DNA of 64,000 bases from the human T2T-CHM13v2.0 reference genome, Homo sapiens. Shown here piece after piece: positions 1 through 11,590 of the stretch. Each line of letters begins with the position of its first letter. The first letter of the stretch is position 1. Below the pieces are notes generated by a model. That model was not told the DNA's origin. It searched no databases and saw only the letters and a list, made by a program, of their open reading frames with translations. The translations under genes were made by a program, and so were the position numbers. The DNA is taken from the NCBI RefSeq assembly GCF_009914755.1, contig NC_060929.1; one strand, 5' to 3'.

Positions 1-595
1 AGACACTTCTCAAAAGAAGACATTTATGCAGCCAAAAAACACATGAAAAAATGCTCACCATCACTGGCTATCAGAGAAATGCAAATCAAAACCACAATGA
101 GATATCATCTCACACCAGTTAGAATGGCAATCATTAAAAAGTCAGGAAACAACAGGTGCCGGAGAGGATGTGGAGAAACAGGAACACTTTTACACCGTTG
201 GTGGGACTGTGAACTAGTTCAACCATTGTGGAAGTCAGTGTGGCGATTCCTCAGGGATCTAGAACTAGAAATACCATTTGACCCAGCCATCCCATTACTG
301 GGTGTATACCCAAAGGACTATAAATCATGCTGCTATAAAGACATGCACACGTATGTTTATTGTGGCACTATTCACAATAGCAAAGACTTGGAACCAACCC
401 AAATGCCCAACAATGATAGACTGGATTAAGAAAATGTGGCACATATACACCATGGAATACTATGCAGTCATAAAAAATGATGAGTTCATGTCCTTTGTAG
501 GGTCATGGATGAAATTGGAAATCATCATTCTCGGTAAACTATCGCAAGAACAAAAAACCAAACACCGCATATTCTCACTCATAGGTGGGAATTGA
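1..595 (+). pseudogene. Frameshifted LINE-1 ORF2 C-terminal remnant
   Basis: ORFs 43-429 and 278-595 are consecutive ORF2 pieces; 2-bp loss near 341 (TATAAAGACATGC vs canonical TATAAAGACACATGC). Confidence 0.85.
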
Positions 596-821
596 ACAAT
601 GAGATCACATGGACACAGGAAGGGGAACATCACACTCTGGGGACTGTGGTGGGGTGGGGGGAGGGGGGAGGGATAGCATTGGGAGATATACCTAATGCTA
701 GATGACGAGTTAGTGGGTGCAGCGCACCAGCATGGCACATGTATACATATGTAACTAACCTGCACATTGTGCACATGTACCCTAAAACTTAAAAGTATAA
801 TAATAAAAAAAAAAAAAAAAA
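1..821 (+). mobile_element. LINE-1 L1PA2-type 3' end (ORF2 C-terminus, 3' UTR, poly(A)); continues upstream of the window
   Basis: ORF2 C-terminal peptides in two frames ([28 protein letters not shown]... and ...KTKHRIFSLIGGN*); G-rich 3' UTR; ATGACGAGTTAGTGGG carries GAG rather than the L1HS-Ta ACA diagnostic; poly(A) 805-821. Confidence 0.95.
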
Positions 822-910
822 GAAATTCCCTTCTGCTATCCTAGAGACAACGGCCAGCCAATCAGCTTGGCTTTGTTGAATCCTTGCTGCAGGCTGTGAG
901 AACCTAGCAC

Positions 911-911
<1 letters not shown>

Positions 912-941
<30 letters not shown>
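912..941 (+). repeat. Pure A30 tract
   Basis: Direct read. Confidence 0.95.
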
Positions 942-943
<2 letters not shown>

Positions 944-1419
944 ATCTAGGTTTAAAGAATAGCTCTCCTGTGTTCTGGTTTTGAGGTGTCTCTTGAGCAA
1001 TTCCTTGACCAGCTGGTATCATGGGTCACTCCAAGGGGCGAGGAACAGGTTTCAATGAGGCTTTCGTATCTCCACATCCACAGGTCACAAACTATTTCTT
1101 GAAAGATCCTAATACTGATTTGGCTAATGTAGAAGTATCCATTTTGGCCAGCGATGGAGAACATTTCAAGCACAAGAAATTCTCAACCAGGCCAAAATTG
1201 CTCTTAGAGCCATGGGGTCGGGATTAAGACTCCTGTTCTGAAACCATAATCAGGCCCAGCATATTAGTGTTTACAAAACCAAATTCTATTTTGACCCCAG
1301 ATAAGAGAAGAACACAGATATGCAAACTGCAGGCCTCAGGGCCTTTGCTAAGGGGAAACCGCCCTCCTCACTGGGCCTCAAAACCCTGAGATATGACCTC
1401 TGGCTCCAGTTCAAGTTCT

Positions 1420-1565
1420 AAGGAAACCTTAGGGGGCCTGTTACTCCTTTATTTGTACCCTGGTTTTCCCATCTGTAAAAAGGGATCAAGGATCAAGTCA
1501 GGATTGAATGAGATCATGCATATAATTCATCTAGCACCTATTTAGTACTTAGTAAATATATGTTT
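1420..1565 (+). mobile_element. MIR fragment
   Basis: Core GTTTTCCCATCTGTAAAAAGGG...AGGATTGAATGAGATCATGCATAT. Confidence 0.6.
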
Positions 1566-1899
1566 TCAAGGTCCCATAATTCTGAAGTAAATAAAAATTA
1601 ATTTATCCTACGTGTCACCAAAACAGTAAAGGTTTCCAGGTTAAAAAAAAAAAAAAATCCTGTGGTTTAACGTTTGATGAAGGTCCTTTTTATACAGACA
1701 CCCTAATCTGGGGGGGCTTACTCCACATCTTAGTAACACACTAAAAGGTTTCCAGACACCACCTGAAATGACTCTCCCAAGTGTTAAATTCAATTGCAAT
1801 TCACAAGCTGACATAACATTACTGCCTGCAGAATATGGTTACATAGAAACATTGATTAGCTTTGATCCTGCAGTCTTCTTTTCATATTCTGGAATCAAC

Positions 1900-1926
1900 T
1901 TTTTTTTTTTTTTTTTTTTTTTTTTT
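1900..1926. repeat. Poly(T) tract (~27 nt) not attached to a recognisable SINE
   Basis: Direct read. Confidence 0.9.
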
Positions 1927-2670
1927 GGTAAAAAGCAAGCTAGAGGACTGGAAGGTGACAAACCAGTAAGAAGGGGGAGGAAGTCCTGGGCTGGAGATTA
2001 TAAACAGCAGCAAGGGCCGTGGAGGTCTTTCTGGGGATTGTTTAAACATTTACCCCAAATTTTAATAGAACATGACTTTTAAAAATGGAAGGGATTAAAA
2101 ATCCTTTATTTGGCAAGATCAGATCCATCATTATTCTTCCATACCAGTGGTCTCAGGAAACAAAAGTGACATGTTATTAGAAGAAAATGTAAATGTTTCA
2201 TTTTTGTACATTGCTGCTGGGTGATTCCTGCTACCTTGTTATTCCCTGTATTTATTGCCATGGCAAGCAGCTGTCAATCAGGGCTGCCCTAGTGGGGAAA
2301 CACCCTCTCACGTTTAAATCCGTTCCTCTATTCTGAAAAGCCCTCCTGCCCAGTGTAGAATGCAAACCTCTGCCTTGCTCAGCCTTCTTTACCCCTAGGG
2401 TGCAGACATATGACAGAATATCCCGATCAAAGACTCCAGCAACTTTGATTTAGAAATAAGCTCCTCCGAGCAGTGGGATTGCAGGATCATATGATAGTCC
2501 TATTTTTAGTTCTTTGAGGAACCTCCATACCATTTTCCACTGTGGCTGTACTAATCTACACTCTTACCAACAACGTGCAAGCGTTCCCTTTTCTCTGCAT
2601 CCTCACCAGCACCCGTTATTTTTTGCCTTTTTGTTGAGACTGGGATGAGATGGTATCTCCTTGTGGTTTC

Positions 2671-3164
2671 TGCCAGGCAAGGTCAGAGTCCCAGCACTGG
2701 GAAGTGATCGACTCGTGGGTTTGTAAAAAAAAAAAAAAAAAAAAGTACCAACAATAGTATAAGTTTGAAAAAGGAAAGTTTCTTAGGAAGAATGCTGCAA
2801 AAGCGTGCAGCGGGGCCCCTCAGCAAGAGGACTGAGCATGCCACAGTGGATTTTTCCTTAGGGGTATTTATGGACCTAAGGCAGGAGCTTAGGGTTGTAA
2901 AATGAGTTTTGGCGTGGCATTCCGGAGATGGATAGAAATTTTAGTTACTTATAAAAGTTGAAAGAGGCCTGGAACCAGACGCTGACTTTAGATACTAGGG
3001 AAGTCTAATTACTTTTGATTTTCTCCAGATGTAGGGAGTTTTGCCTCCGGAGGGCCTGTTCGATGGTCACCAGGTGGTCGCTGCTGGCTTCTAAACTCCT
3101 CAGATAAGGAGTTTTTGTCTCCGGGACCCATCCAGTGGTCACCAGGTGATTTCCACTCTCCTCA
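2671..3164 (-). mobile_element. Solo ERV1-class LTR (MER84/MER83-like) inserted in the L1MA
   Basis: TG...CA ends; internal repeat CACCTGGTGACCA...AAAACTCC on the minus strand; L1 resumes across it (GTTTC/GTTCC flanks). Confidence 0.7.
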
Positions 3165-3347
3165 GTTCCAATGTGGATTTCCCTGATGATAGACATTGAG
3201 CATTTTTTCATATACCTGTTGGTTATTTGTATGTATTCTTTTGAGAAATGCTTATTCAAATATTTTGCCCATTTTTAGACAAATACTTTGGGCTTTTTGC
3301 TATTGAGTTGTTTGAGTCTATCAACAGATAAATGGATAAAGAAAATG

Positions 3348-3348
<1 letters not shown>

Positions 3349-3393
<45 letters not shown>
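3349..3393. repeat. (TA)n microsatellite
   Basis: Direct read. Confidence 0.95.
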
Positions 3394-3397
<4 letters not shown>

Positions 3398-3750
3398 ATT
3401 TTCATACTGCGATGAAGAAATACCAAAGACTGGATAATTTATAAAGAAAAAGAGGTTTAATGGACTCACAGTTCCACATGGTTGGGAAGGCCTCACCATC
3501 ATGGTGGAAGGCGAAGGAGGAGCAAAGTCACATCTTACATAGTCACAGGCAAGAGAGTCTGTGCAGGGGAGCTGCCCTTTATAAAACCATCAGATCTCAT
3601 AAGACTTACTCACTATCATGAGAACAGCATGGGAAAAACCCACCCCCATGATTCAATCACCTCCCACTGGGTCCCTCCCATGATAGGTGGAGATTATGGG
3701 AGCTACAATTCAAGATGAGATTTGGGTGGGGACACAGCCAAACCATATCA
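3393..3750 (-). mobile_element. THE1B-like MaLR solo LTR
   Basis: Reverse complement begins TGATATGGTTTGGCTGTGTCCCCACCCAAATCTCATCTTGAATTGTAGCTCCC. Confidence 0.9.
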
Positions 3751-5273
3751 ATACATGAAGGAATATTATTCAGCCACAAAAAAGAGTGAAATTGCTGTAA
3801 TATGAATGGAACTAGAGGTCATCATGTCAAGTGAAACAAGCCAGGCACAGAAAGACAAAAATCACATGTTCTCACTCATATATGGGAGCTTAAAAAGTGG
3901 ATCTCATGGAGACAGAGAGTAGAACGATGGTTACTGGAGGCTGGGAATGGGAGGGGAAGGGAGGATGAAGATAAGTTAATTAATGGGTACAAAAATACAG
4001 TCTGACAGGAGGAAGAAGATCTAGTGTTTGATAACTTAGTAAGGTGGCTAGAGTTAACAATAAGGTATTGCATATTTCAAAATAACTAAAAGAGAAGAAT
4101 TTGAATGTTCCCAACATAAAGAAAAGATAAATATTTGAGGCGATGGATACTCAGTTACCCTGATTTGATTATCACACATTGTACCTATGTATCAAAATAT
4201 CACATGTACCCCATAAATGTGTACATCTATTATAAATCAATTTTAAAAAGGGAGGGAGGAAGAAGCTCCTCCGAGCAGGACAGAATGCAGTGGGCTCTGG
4301 CAGTAGCTGGCTCACCCCGGTGCACAGGCTTCCAAGGGCAGCCCCAGCTCCCAGCCAGGCCAGCTCTGCTGTCAATCTGTGAGCTTTCTAATAACCTATG
4401 CTAATAAATCTCTCCCTGCTTAATACCCAGCTCCTGGCCTGTAATATGTGTTCAATGCATTCTAATTAAATGAATCTGCTTGGGGAGAAGGACTGGCTCT
4501 GCTCTAAGGTATGTCTTCCTTACTAACTGGGAAGCCAGAGGCTGTGTCCATCAGCTGCTTTGCTAGCAAGTGCTTAGCACAGATCAGGCCCCAATGAAGG
4601 TGGAAGACAGGGAGGAGGGAGGAGATGTGGGCCCCAGCCCTGCCCCTGGGCTGAGTATTATTGAATCTCCCTCTTTTCTGGTATATCCCTGGGGACACCT
4701 CATCTCTGTCTGAGAAGATTAGAACAAGGAGCCCTCCCAGGACCCCCCTCAGACCCAGGCAAGAAGGACCCTGCTTTGGAAGACCTGGCCCTGTCTCTCC
4801 AGTGGTCCCCACGGGGTCAAGGGTCTATGGGGCTGAAAGGATGTGGCCACCTGGAGCCAACCCCGGCCCCCTTCTAAATCACACTTGCAGGAATTGGGGC
4901 CCTAGATTTCCTTGGCCAAATGGTGCTAAAACCCAATTCTTGGGCCTGTGCAGGCCTGTCCCCACGTCCAACCTCTCAGGGGTGGAACATGAACATGGCT
5001 AGGCCCAAGGGTGGCTACTTATGGGGGGATATGAATGGAGTTTTGACCCTTGGGCATGTAGAAGATGTGGGGTGTATGGGATGGAGCCCAGGTGGGAAGA
5101 GACAGAGCAGGGTGGCCTTCTGCCAAGGTTCAGCTCTCCTCCCCATACCATGTTCTGGTGTGGAACTCCAAGGAGTCCAAAGCTTCCAGATTAACCTGAC
5201 CTTCTAGGTAGTTTGAAAAGTGTACTTTCTCAAGATCAAAAAATAGAAGCTATTTAATTTAATAATGTGTCTA

Positions 5274-5770
5274 TGTACCAGTTACCTATTGCTGTGTAAC
5301 AAACGACCCCAAAACTTAGTAGCTTAAAATGACACATATGTATTGTCTCACGATTTGTCTGATCAGGAGTCTGGAAACTGCTTAGCTGGGTTTTCTGCTT
5401 CACAGTGTCTTGGGAGACTATAATCAAGTCTTAGCCCAGGGTCTACAATCTCATCTGAAGGCCCAGCTAGGGCAGGGTTGGTGGCTGAACTCAGTCAGTG
5501 GCTGTCTGTCAGCCAGTCTGGCCTCAGTTCCTTGCCAGAAGGAATCTTGGTTCATCAAGGCATGCATGCCAAGAGGCATCATAAGATTGTAACAGAAGTT
5601 ACTACTTTTTATAACCTACTCATGGAAGTGACACCCGATCACCTTTGTCATATTCTACTGGTTAGAAGCAAGTCTCCAGCCAGCCCACCCTCAAGGGGAG
5701 GTGGTCATACAAGGGCAGGAACATCAGGAGGTGGAAATCACTAGGGCCATCTTAGGGGCTGCCTGTCACA
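5274..5770 (-). mobile_element. MLT1F-type MaLR LTR
   Basis: Minus strand TGTGACAGGCAGCCCCTAAGATGGCCC...ACTTGCTTCTAACCAGTAGAATATG; plus-strand start TGTACCAGTTACCTATTGCTGTGTAACAAA. Confidence 0.8.
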
Positions 5771-6949
5771 GCTTGTTTGATTTTTGACTTGTAAGTATTT
5801 AGATATGTGAGATACGGTCCTCCCAAGCTCCACAAATCTTAAGAGCAGCCTTGCTTTTTCCTGTGAAGCCCACAAAGCACCTCCTTGCCATAAATAAAAT
5901 GTCCCACCCCAGGGGCTCTAGCAGAATCCAGATGCATCACCTGCCAAGCCCAGGGCTGTGAACTCAGAGCTCCCACTGAGAGACAGTGCTCCAGGATCAC
6001 AACCCTGCATCCTGGACAGATGAGCAGAGCCCAATTCAAAGGAAGCTTCCATGAAGGACAGAAATTACCACTTCCCGCTCCAATTACCAGCTGAGCTAAT
6101 TGCAAAAGTAATTGCAACTGAGGGACCTAATCACCAGGCTGGGCCAGAGACGCGCTTCCTCCCCGCCTTTCGGGGCCTCCTGCTGCCTCCTGGGGGCTGC
6201 AGACAGGGTGGGAATCCTGTTCTTGAGAGAACAAGAGGTCTGGCCTATGTCCCCGAGACCAGATTGTCAGAGATAGACCAGTCCTCCTCCCGGCGATAAA
6301 GCTTCCCAGCCCCGAGAATGGCCCCTCCCATTGGATTTCTGCCCTGGCCGTAGATTCGTAAGCCACCTGGCTCACTCCCGGGCTACTAAGGGCCAGCAAT
6401 TACCACATTATGAGCCATGGGCTCCTCGGCCCTGGCATCTGGGTCCTGGCCCTCTCCCTGCCCTTTCCTGCCCCAGGCACTGTCTCTGCACTGGGCACTG
6501 TCACCCTAGGGCTGGGTCCCCCTTAATGGCCAGTCCTCCTCTCAGAGCACCCCTACATTCCTATGTTCACTTCCAGCCTCTAGATCCCACAACCTGCCCG
6601 CAGGACCCGCCCACTCCCACCTCTTGGGCCTCCCCAGCACCTCTGGCCCAGGAAGCCCAGCCTGGTCTGGCCCTGGGTGAGCTGCAGAGTGCACAACTCA
6701 GGTTCTCCTAAGTAATGGTGGAAAAGATGAGGGTGGACTGGGGGAGGCCCCCGGCTGACAACACTGCCTATGCCCTCCATTAGGCCCCTCTACTCCCTCC
6801 GCACAGCCCCCAAAACCAGCCATCCTCGGGCACTACACCGCCAGCGTGGTCCCTCCTCTACAAACTGGGGCCGGGCAAGTTCCCTGCAGACCCTGGAATT
6901 AGACGTTACGACTGTTCGGCGGAGGAAGGCCAGGGCCCCTGTGGGCGAG

Positions 6950-7130
6950 CTCCTGTTCTATAGAGACCTATCTCACTCACAGGGCCTGGCCACACCCCTG
7001 CTCAAAACCTTCCAGTGGGACCCACTGCCCTCAGGACAGAGGCCACTGGTCTCCTCCGCGCCAGCCCGCCCTCTGCCTCTGTCTTTTGATCCCCTGCTGC
7101 TCCCTGCAGGTTCCGTGGAGCACTTGCCCA
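6950..7130 (+). mobile_element. L2 remnant
   Basis: CCCCTGCTCAAAACCTTCCAGTGG...ACTGCCCTCAGGACA is typical L2 3' sequence. Confidence 0.5.
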
Positions 7131-7759
7131 GCGTCCTCCGCATGCATCCCCGTCTGTCCGGCGGCAGAGCCAGGCTTGGTAGAGCCCTGAAGCTTACATG
7201 AGCTGGAGTGTATCTCCCGAAGAAAAAGAGTACAAAAGGATAAATGGGACAATGAAGTCCAGAGTCCTAGAAAACGAGGGTCCCTGAAGCTTCGGGCCAT
7301 TGGCCTTAAAGCAGATTTGCCTCCCCTCCCCCATCTGGTCCCATCTCCCCTCCCTTACCTTCCCGGGGCAGCCTTTCCCCAGCCCCGCCCACCGCTCCCC
7401 ACTCCTGCCCGGGTTGGGTTCTTCCCCAGGACGCCCTGCGCTTAGCTTAGGATATCCTATCTCCCTGCATAGTAGGCGTCTCTCTGTGGATCTGATCCTC
7501 CCGTGAGGCTGGGGGCCAGGGCAGTGCCGAGTATCAGCATTGCGACCTGCAGAATACAGGGAAGTGAATTAATGAATGAACACTTTTCCCACAAATAAGC
7601 AAACACATGAACATCTGTTAGGTGATCTCGCAGGCTTAAACATTCAGCTGTCCCAAAGCAGGAGCTGCTTGCACCAGGAAGGTCTCCAACCCGCCCACAG
7701 CCAGCAGCCTTCAACTCCCAGCTAGTCTCCAAACCAGGGGAAGCCCAGGCACGGGGAAT

Positions 7760-7775
7760 CCACCAGGGGGCAGTG
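7760..7775 (+). promoter_or_regulatory. CTCF core motif
   Basis: CCACCAGGGGGCAGTG matches the CTCF consensus CCASYAGRKGGCRS; binding not shown. Confidence 0.6.
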
Positions 7776-9719
7776 CAGGACCACAAATGCCTATCCAGCC
7801 AGCACCTGCGCGTAAACTGCCCTCCCTAAACCCTGCAGAAATCGTCTCCCCCTAGCGCCAGCATTCCTAGGCTTCCAGAGTTTCAACTACCCCTTTCAAT
7901 TAAACAGAAGAAAAGTGGAGCTGAGGAGTCAGGCAGATCCAGGATCAAGCCCCGCTCTACCATTTCCACCCTGGCTGTGTGAATGTAGGCATGTTCCCTC
8001 CCCTCTTTGAGCCAAACTCTCTAACCTGCAGGGCTTCTATGATGCCTGCGAGGGTTCCCTGAAAATGATAAACTGCCAGACATAGGTTGGTTATTGGTTA
8101 ATTCAGTCCACTGTCTGATTTCCAAATGATGCTATATTAACCCAACTTTAGCTTTAGGGGTAAAATGTTGCAAATGCCAACCCCATAACAAGGTTATGAA
8201 AAACTCTGATTTAGTCTCTATTAAAGACATCCTGAATGGTTTATTGATTTTATTTTTTAAGGGGAATGAGAGGAAATAGGAGCAAACCTTTTTGGGTGCC
8301 AATTAAATTCATAGTTAAAAGTTTATGATACGGGAGACAGTGGGCACAGCAGAGCCCCAAGCCTCGACTCCTGGCCACTGGGCACTGTCCCCCATTCGTC
8401 CAGTGTCTCTTTTCCCTGCCCTCAATATGTGAGCTTTTCCAGGCTGTAAAGACTGCTGCCTCTCTGCAACCTCACTGGCTAGCTCACAGTAGGTGATCAA
8501 AAACTGCACACTGCATTGCCTTGAGGATGGCTTCGGGAAATTCTTTTCCACTATTCTTTTGGGTTTCTGTCTGCATCATCTGGGGTCTTTGGGTGCAAGC
8601 TCTGAACACTGACTTGTGTGAACTTTATGGGAAAGATGTCAGGTAGCTCAGAAAAAATGAAGGAAAGCTGGAGGTCTGAGCTCAGCGAACAACAGAGCAG
8701 CTCTGGGGACCAGGACACCGAGAGCGCTTTTCCTCTCTGCCAAGTTGCCACTACTGTGATGAATGACTTCTGGTGGTCTCTCTATGATGCAGAGCCCCTG
8801 CAATCAGGCCATCCCCTGGCCTGGCCTGGAGAGCACAGGACAGCTTGATGGACACCCTAGGACAATGTCACATGCAACTCAGAAGGGCAAGTCCCCCCAG
8901 TGAAGTGGGCAGAGAGGCCGGATGGCCAAAGATCAGCCAAATTCATGACAGTTCAATACACCAAATCCAGGCTGGGACTCCAGTTCCCATGACATTGGTT
9001 CCTGTTCTGGTCCCTGGGCCCCGCCCTGCAGCATGGAGCTCAGAAAGGTACAGACATGAGAAGGAGCAGGCAAGATTCTGCCGTCAGAGTGTGTGAAAGC
9101 CACTGGGGGAGGCGAGGCTCAGGGAGGACAGAGCAGAATGAGCAAGAGTAAAGGAGGGAGGCCCTCCTTGCAGATGGGCAAAGTCCTGGCTGTTCATCAC
9201 AGCTTGCCAGCCACCTGCTGTGCAACCTCCAGCAGGTCCTTGTTTCTCTGAGCCCCAGTTTTACCATCAGTAAAGACTTTTCTGGGCAAGCATACCTGTT
9301 CTCTGCAGTCCCTCTGTCCAGCAGTGCTTTACTTACAAAGAATCTCAACACTGGGGTCACTGAGGACTCAATTGCCACCCACCACCATACACACACACAG
9401 GCACACACTCACACTCACCAGGCCCCAGTGAAAAGGAGGCCCCTACACATCTCACGTGACTAAATAGCACGTTTCTAGAGCCAGGGAAGCTTGCCATGGG
9501 TTGGCTCCCCCAGCTCATCAGCTGTGTGACCCTGGGCTTATTTGGAACCCTGCAGCCCTCTGACCCCAGCCTTCTGCTTGCAAGTGATGACATAGATTCC
9601 AGGGCAGGCCATCCAGGGAGTGGTGGCTCAGTGTGGCCCCTCCCTGCCATGGGAGACTGAGCCAAAGTGGATGTGAAGAGTACTAGCCGTACCCAAAGGT
9701 GGCACTTACCAAAGCCACC

Positions 9720-10580
9720 TATGTTAGGGCAATGCTAGCTGCCGGAAAAATAGACCCAGAGGCATATGCACACTCAAACTCAATAGAAGTCTATTACTTG
9801 CTCATGCAATGCAATAGTCCAAATCTGGAAAAATCCAACCAACCCAGAGAGGCCCCACCTTTCTGACTATTTTCTTTCATTTTTGCTTGCAGACTGCACA
9901 AATCTTACCTGAGTTCATGTCTTTCTTGTAAGACCTTGCTATAAGCAGCAAAATGCAGCAAAAGCTAGTGTGTGTTTCTATGGGCAGAAACACACACTAG
10001 CTGTCAGGATTTTTACCTCTTCCCCTGGAGCTGCCAGTTCCCTGGCCTTTGTCTTCCTTCCAAATTATTTTAGGCAATGAATGGCTCATCAGATGCACTG
10101 TGGCTGCATCACACAAGTCCCCCCAGTTTCCACCTGGGATCTCCAGTCTTCGCTACTCACTGTCCACCCCCTGGGGCCATGCCACGTATTTAAGGTTGTT
10201 ATGGCAACACCCTTGCTTCAAGGTGCCAATTCCTGTATTGATTAGAGTAATGCAAGCTGCAAAATGAATAAGGACTCAACACATCAGAATTTGGTTTCTT
10301 CTTCACTTGATGGTCTTGAGCCTGCGGTTGCAGCCGTGGGTGGTGGGAGGGTTCTCTTCACAGTAAGCCAGACACCAGGCTTCCACCCCTGGGAGCCACC
10401 TCCCCTTGAGCACAGGGGCCTTGTTTGCATCTCTTCCAGACTCAGGAAGGGAAGAAAATAAGGGACACATTTGCTCCTTAAAAGCTTCAGCTCCAAAAGG
10501 GAACCCATCACTTCTGCCCACAGTTTATGGGCCAGAACACAGAACTCAGCCCACAGCCCAAGGGAGGCACAAACCAGGAA
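9720..10580 (-). mobile_element. Old MLT1-type MaLR remnants (LTR pieces plus internal sequence)
   Basis: Internal/LTR junction motif GGCCATGCCACGTATTTAAGGTTGTTATGGCAACACCC...GTGCCAATTCCTGTATTGATTAG. Confidence 0.55.
9963..10002. repeat. Perfect 17-bp inverted repeat with 6-nt spacer
   Basis: AGCTAGTGTGTGTTTCT-ATGGGC-AGAAACACACACTAGCT. Confidence 0.95.
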
Positions 10581-11121
10581 GAAAAGAAAACAGATTCAGG
10601 GTGAGCAGCCAGCCATCAAGAGGGAGGCCCCACGCTTTTCTTTGGGGGTTTCTCGCTGGCCCACCCCTCATGGCTAGTGGCCCATCCAAGTCAGCAATTT
10701 TTGACTTAGCTTCTGATATGTGCAGGCCCCAGGGTGAGAACCAGTAACAGCGATGAATCAGCCATCATCTGTATCCAATGAGTTCACTGCCTAATGGAGA
10801 GACCAGAGAAACATGTGATTCCACCCCAGCGGGACTGGACAGAAAAGGGTGCTCAGAAGGTGTTGAAGGGGCACGTGCCCAACTTCTCAGGGGAGATGGC
10901 ATTGGAGCTGAGAGGTGTGGGAGTTGTCCCCGTGGAGGAGGAAGGTGGAGGGTAGGTCCCAGACAGTGGCAGGTCAGCCAGCAGGTGGAGTGGGGTTATT
11001 GGAGGGGAGACCTGAATCCAGCCGACAGCTGCGAGCCGGGAGAGGTGGCTCCATCTGTGGGTGACAAAGCAGGGGCCAGTGTGAAGCAAGATCTCCAGAA
11101 AGTAAGATGTCAGGTATAAAG

Positions 11122-11590
11122 CCATTAAGTTTTTGATCTACTGTGGCTATAACAGATCACAAACTTAATTGCTTCAAACAACACAGATGTAGGACACAGA
11201 AAGTACTGTAGACCAGAAGTCGAAAATGGGTCTCACAGGGTAAAATCGAGGTGCAATTGGGCTGTGTTCCTTCTGCAGGCTCCAAGGGAAAATCCATTGC
11301 CCTTCCTTTCCCAGTGTCTGGAGGCTGCCTGCATTCCTTGGCTCGTGGCCCCAGCCAGCAGCTGCATCCCTCCCACCTCTGCTCGTCATGCCTTCCCCTT
11401 CTCTGACTCTGCTTATAAGGACAGACCCTCGTGATTACATCAGGGCCACCAGGTAAGTCAGGGTCACCTTCCCAGCCTGTGAGTCTTAATCACATCCGCA
11501 AAGCCACTTTTGTCACGTAAGGAAACACATTCACAGGTTCCAAGGACTAGGACGTGAACATCTTTGGGGGCCATTCTTCAGCCTGCCACA
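11122..11590 (-). mobile_element. MLT1D/MLT1C-type MaLR LTR
   Basis: Minus strand TGTGGCAGGCTGAAGAATGGCCCCCAAAGATGTTCACGTCCTAGTCCTTGGAACCTGTGAAT. Confidence 0.8.

Larger units (their letters stand above)
2474..4262. mobile_element. 5'-truncated, 5'-inverted L1MA-type LINE-1 (minus-strand part 2474-~3318, plus-strand part ~3319-4250), interrupted by two LTRs
   Basis: Antisense ORF2-end sequence joined to sense 3' end with an L1MA-type UTR (...CACATGTACCCCATAAAT...); identical 16-bp flanks AAGCTCCTCCGAGCAG at 2458-2473 and 4263-4278. Confidence 0.85.

Noticed and set aside
2282-2296. CTCF-like GCTGCCCTAGTGG
   Set aside because: Two bases short in the G-run of the core; poor match.
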